NCBI GenBank assembly: GCA_001179505.1
Contig: CDMY01000553.1
Span: 186,001-250,000 of the forward strand
Direction of reading: 5' to 3'
Origin: Vitrella brassicaformis CCMP3155
Lineage: Eukaryota; Protista; Chromerida
Length of the DNA: 64,000 nt
A program made the translations under genes and the position numbers. Below, piece after piece: positions 61,599 through 64,000 of this stretch. The first letter of the stretch is position 1. Every line of letters starts with the position of its first letter. The notes under the pieces are model-generated. The model ran no database searches, was not told the DNA's origin, and was given only the letters and a program-made list of their open reading frames with translations.

Positions 61599-62046
61599 AT
61601 GGCGGCTGAGTGTGAGAGCCCGCTGACGCCCCACATCCCCACGTACTCGCGGCTCAACCCGTCGCTGCACCGCACCGACATCAAGCTGGGCCCCATTGCC
61701 GGATCTACAATCATGCTTAGGCGCCGCAATGCCATGCTGGTCAAGGTGACGGTCACCGTGACGGAGGGTGCCGAGAAGGACGGCTGCGCATGCAACGGTG
61801 AGGATGGCAAGAAGGTCAAGGACACTCCCACGGACATCAACCAGGTACATCCACACAGGCGGGCGTGGATGCAGTGGCCATCAATGCGTCGTTTTGCAAT
61901 GCATTCTTTGTTCAATGATTTGTCCTGTGGGTCAGGTTGGCGCCAAGGCTGTGGTGCAGTACTCCAAGGCCTCGTGTGTGTCGGGCTCGTCGACTGCCGC
62001 TACAACGCCACGCGACGGCAAGAGCGGCGTCTCCCTCGTGGCATGA
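61599..62046 (+). CDS. Small hypothetical protein (~120 aa, 2 exons)
   Basis: MAAECESPLTPHIPTYSRLNPSLHRTDIKLGP...PTDINQ|VGAKAVVQYSK...SLVA*; GC3-rich codons and an in-phase GT-AG intron. Confidence 0.45.
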
Positions 62047-63161
62047 TCGAAGAGAGACATTCAAGAAACAAGACGTAGTATGGAAGAGAGAAGTGCGATG
62101 CATAGCAGAGGGTCCACTGCATGTGAGCTGCAATGGCGTGTTGGCGGCAATGTGTTCCTTGCTGCTGCCCGCGGTCCTTGTGTGGAACGACTCATCCGTG
62201 TGTATGCGATGTGTTTGTCTTGCTGGACGGATGGATGGCTCGATTCACGCAAAGCGAAATCCTTATGGACGGACGTTTCAATCAAACAGACTTTAATGCC
62301 CTTTCTCTCTCTTGTGTTGTCGAGCCGACCAGTCACACAATACATTGACATATTGCCTTCACCATCGATGTGCTGGCATGCAGAGCCGTATTTGGCTGTT
62401 TTGGTTGTCTGCATGGCTGCCTGGTGCATGGCATGCATGTGTGTGTGGGGTATTCTCAGTCTTTTCATATGTACAGCAATCGTATTGTCCATCATGCACC
62501 CACTCACTCACTCACCGAGCAATCCAATCCATCCATCCATCCTTGCAGCCTGCACACGACCGCATCGGCACACAACACACCCACACCCACACCCACACCA
62601 CACACAGTGGCCCATCCGTCGATCTGTCCTGCGGACGGAAAACGCGCCACACGCATGGCATGGCAGCCACAGAGCCACATGAAGCGCCATGAATCGTGAT
62701 CCACATATATAAAAAGAGCAAGGACACACACGACGCGAATCCTATAAAGGGACCCCACACACACGCACACGAGAGCACCCAACACGTCACATGCCGTCCA
62801 TCGCCCAAGCACACAGCCCCTCTGTGAATGGGCAATGGACAAAGGAAGCAGTCACTCTCTCACACGCCTCTGTGCTGCACTGCACCCCTGGCTGAGTGAG
62901 TGAGTGAGTGACTGACGCACCCACCCCATATCCACACGCGCCGCGCCCCAATGGCCATCCATATAGGCACACACACGAAGACAGACAGACACCAAAAAGA
63001 GCACATTAGAAACGGTGTATGTGGGAGAGGGAGAAAGGGTGGCTCACACGACTGACACGCATAGAAGAAAGAGAGCCACCCAACGCAGACAGACCCGTAA
63101 CGTCACGGCACTCACGGCGCTGTGCCGTCCCCTCCCTCCCCCCGTCTGGCTGTGCAACCAG

Positions 63162-64000
63162 TCAGTAGTCGAAATGGAGCATCCGCCCTTCCGTAAAGGC
63201 AAAGAACTCGTTGGCGTCGTGCTGCACGCACACACACACACACACACGCACACACACACGCGTGTGTCATCGATGATGCACTCCTCCCTCCCTCCCTGCC
63301 TTCTCTGTGTGTGTGCGTGCGTGTGTGTGTGTGTGTGGCTGGTCACCTCGTCAACACCGTCTCTGAGGTCCTCCATCGAGAGGCCGTGTTTGGCGACGCA
63401 CCCCGGGCACACAGAGATCGGCACCCCCCTGGCCACCAGCTTGTCAATCAGACCACTCTTGGATGTGTCGGCCACACAAGGGGCCTCCTCGACCGTGAAG
63501 TCCTCGGCAGTCTTGGCCATCAGCGGGGGGCAGTCGACATCGCAGAAGACAATCACGTCCTTGCCCGCGTCGACCTGCACACACACAGACACACACGCCC
63601 ATGTGTGGCCACCAAGTGCACAGCCGCTCATTTGTGTGCCTACCATTCGGTTGGCCATGCACAAAGCCTGCAGGACCCGATGCTGATCGTCCGCTCCGGC
63701 CGTCATGTGCACCATCTGCACACACCAAACACACACAACCAGACAGACAGACAGACAATCATTGACACACCCTGCCCTCCTCCCTCTCCCTGTCTGACAT
63801 ATTCGTTAGATCTGCCATGCACTCCACTCACCACGCCGTCTGTGGAGTCTCCGTGGCGACGGCTTTCTGCAGGGCAACGGCTCCCACGACCAGTCCAGCC
63901 ACGGCCACAGCAATCGCGGCGAGCGCCACAACGGCCACGACGGGGAACTTGTGGTGGCCGTGTGCCAGGCCTTTGTCGGTGGTCTCGGAAGCCGCACGCT
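63162..64000 (-). CDS. DsrE/DsrF(TusD)-like protein, bacterial type, intron-containing; 5' end lies beyond the window
   Basis: Spliced MVHMTAGADDQHRVLQALCMANRM|VDAGKDVIVFCDVD...LIDKLVARGVPISVCPGCVAKHGLSMEDLRDGVDE|HDANEFFAFTEGRMLHFDY*. An upstream hydrophobic segment VVAVVALAAIAVAVAGLVVGAVAL is also present. Confidence 0.85.

Larger units (their letters stand above)
2560..63760. repeat. Dispersed intronic/intergenic microsatellites: (GT)n/(CA)n, (CTGT)n/(GACA)n, (CT)n, (GGAT)n, (GAGT)n
   Basis: Present in most introns, e.g. 12610-12630, 13485-13520, 32770-32810, 34380-34420, 41608-41638, 63225-63335. Confidence 0.9.

Noticed and set aside
62706-62749. Two TATA-like strings (TATATAAAA, TATAAAA)
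   Set aside because: No plausible downstream plus-strand gene; they lie in the convergent 3' region.
1-64000. Hundreds of overlapping 60-300 aa ORFs in the supplied track
   Set aside because: Mostly alternative-frame or antisense shadows of GC-rich exons, or translations of microsatellite introns (VCVCV, THTHT, DRQTDR).
1-64000. CRISPR arrays, rRNA, tRNA, snRNA, telomeric repeats, retroelement or transposase ORFs
   Set aside because: No repeat-spacer structure, conserved RNA motifs or RT/integrase/DDE motifs were seen. A covariance-model search was not possible, so small ncRNAs cannot be excluded.

Overview
Gene-dense, GC-rich, intron-rich eukaryotic nuclear DNA with (GT)n/(CTGT)n-filled introns, an ApiAP2 factor and BTB-TLDc genes. 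It is most likely a chromerid alveolate such as Vitrella brassicaformis (inference). About 23 spliced genes were reconstructed by eye, so exon boundaries are approximate. Recognisable genes: mid-SUN protein, F-box-like protein, TMTC O-mannosyltransferase, ~11 kb giant repeat surface protein, TTL-like ligase, tandem ApiAP2, two BTB-BTB-TLDc paralogs, two inverted STIMATE/TMEM110 copies, USB1, LysM protein, BUD20/ZNF593, ARP6, three adjacent secreted proteins (one with PAN/apple domains), KOBITO1-like glycosyltransferase and a bacterial-type DsrE protein. No rRNA, tRNA, CRISPR or transposase was seen. Best leads: (1) a (TT)GCGAGCT(A/T) element recurring in the short spacers of head-to-head gene pairs; (2) BUD20 and ARP6 in frame, separated only by UGA plus 5 codons; (3) RxLR[D/Q] PEXEL/RxLR-like motifs in two neighbouring secreted proteins; (4) the giant repeat protein; (5) an intron-containing bacterial-type DsrE gene; (6) an unknown ~110-aa domain present in two genes flanking a duplicated STIMATE copy.
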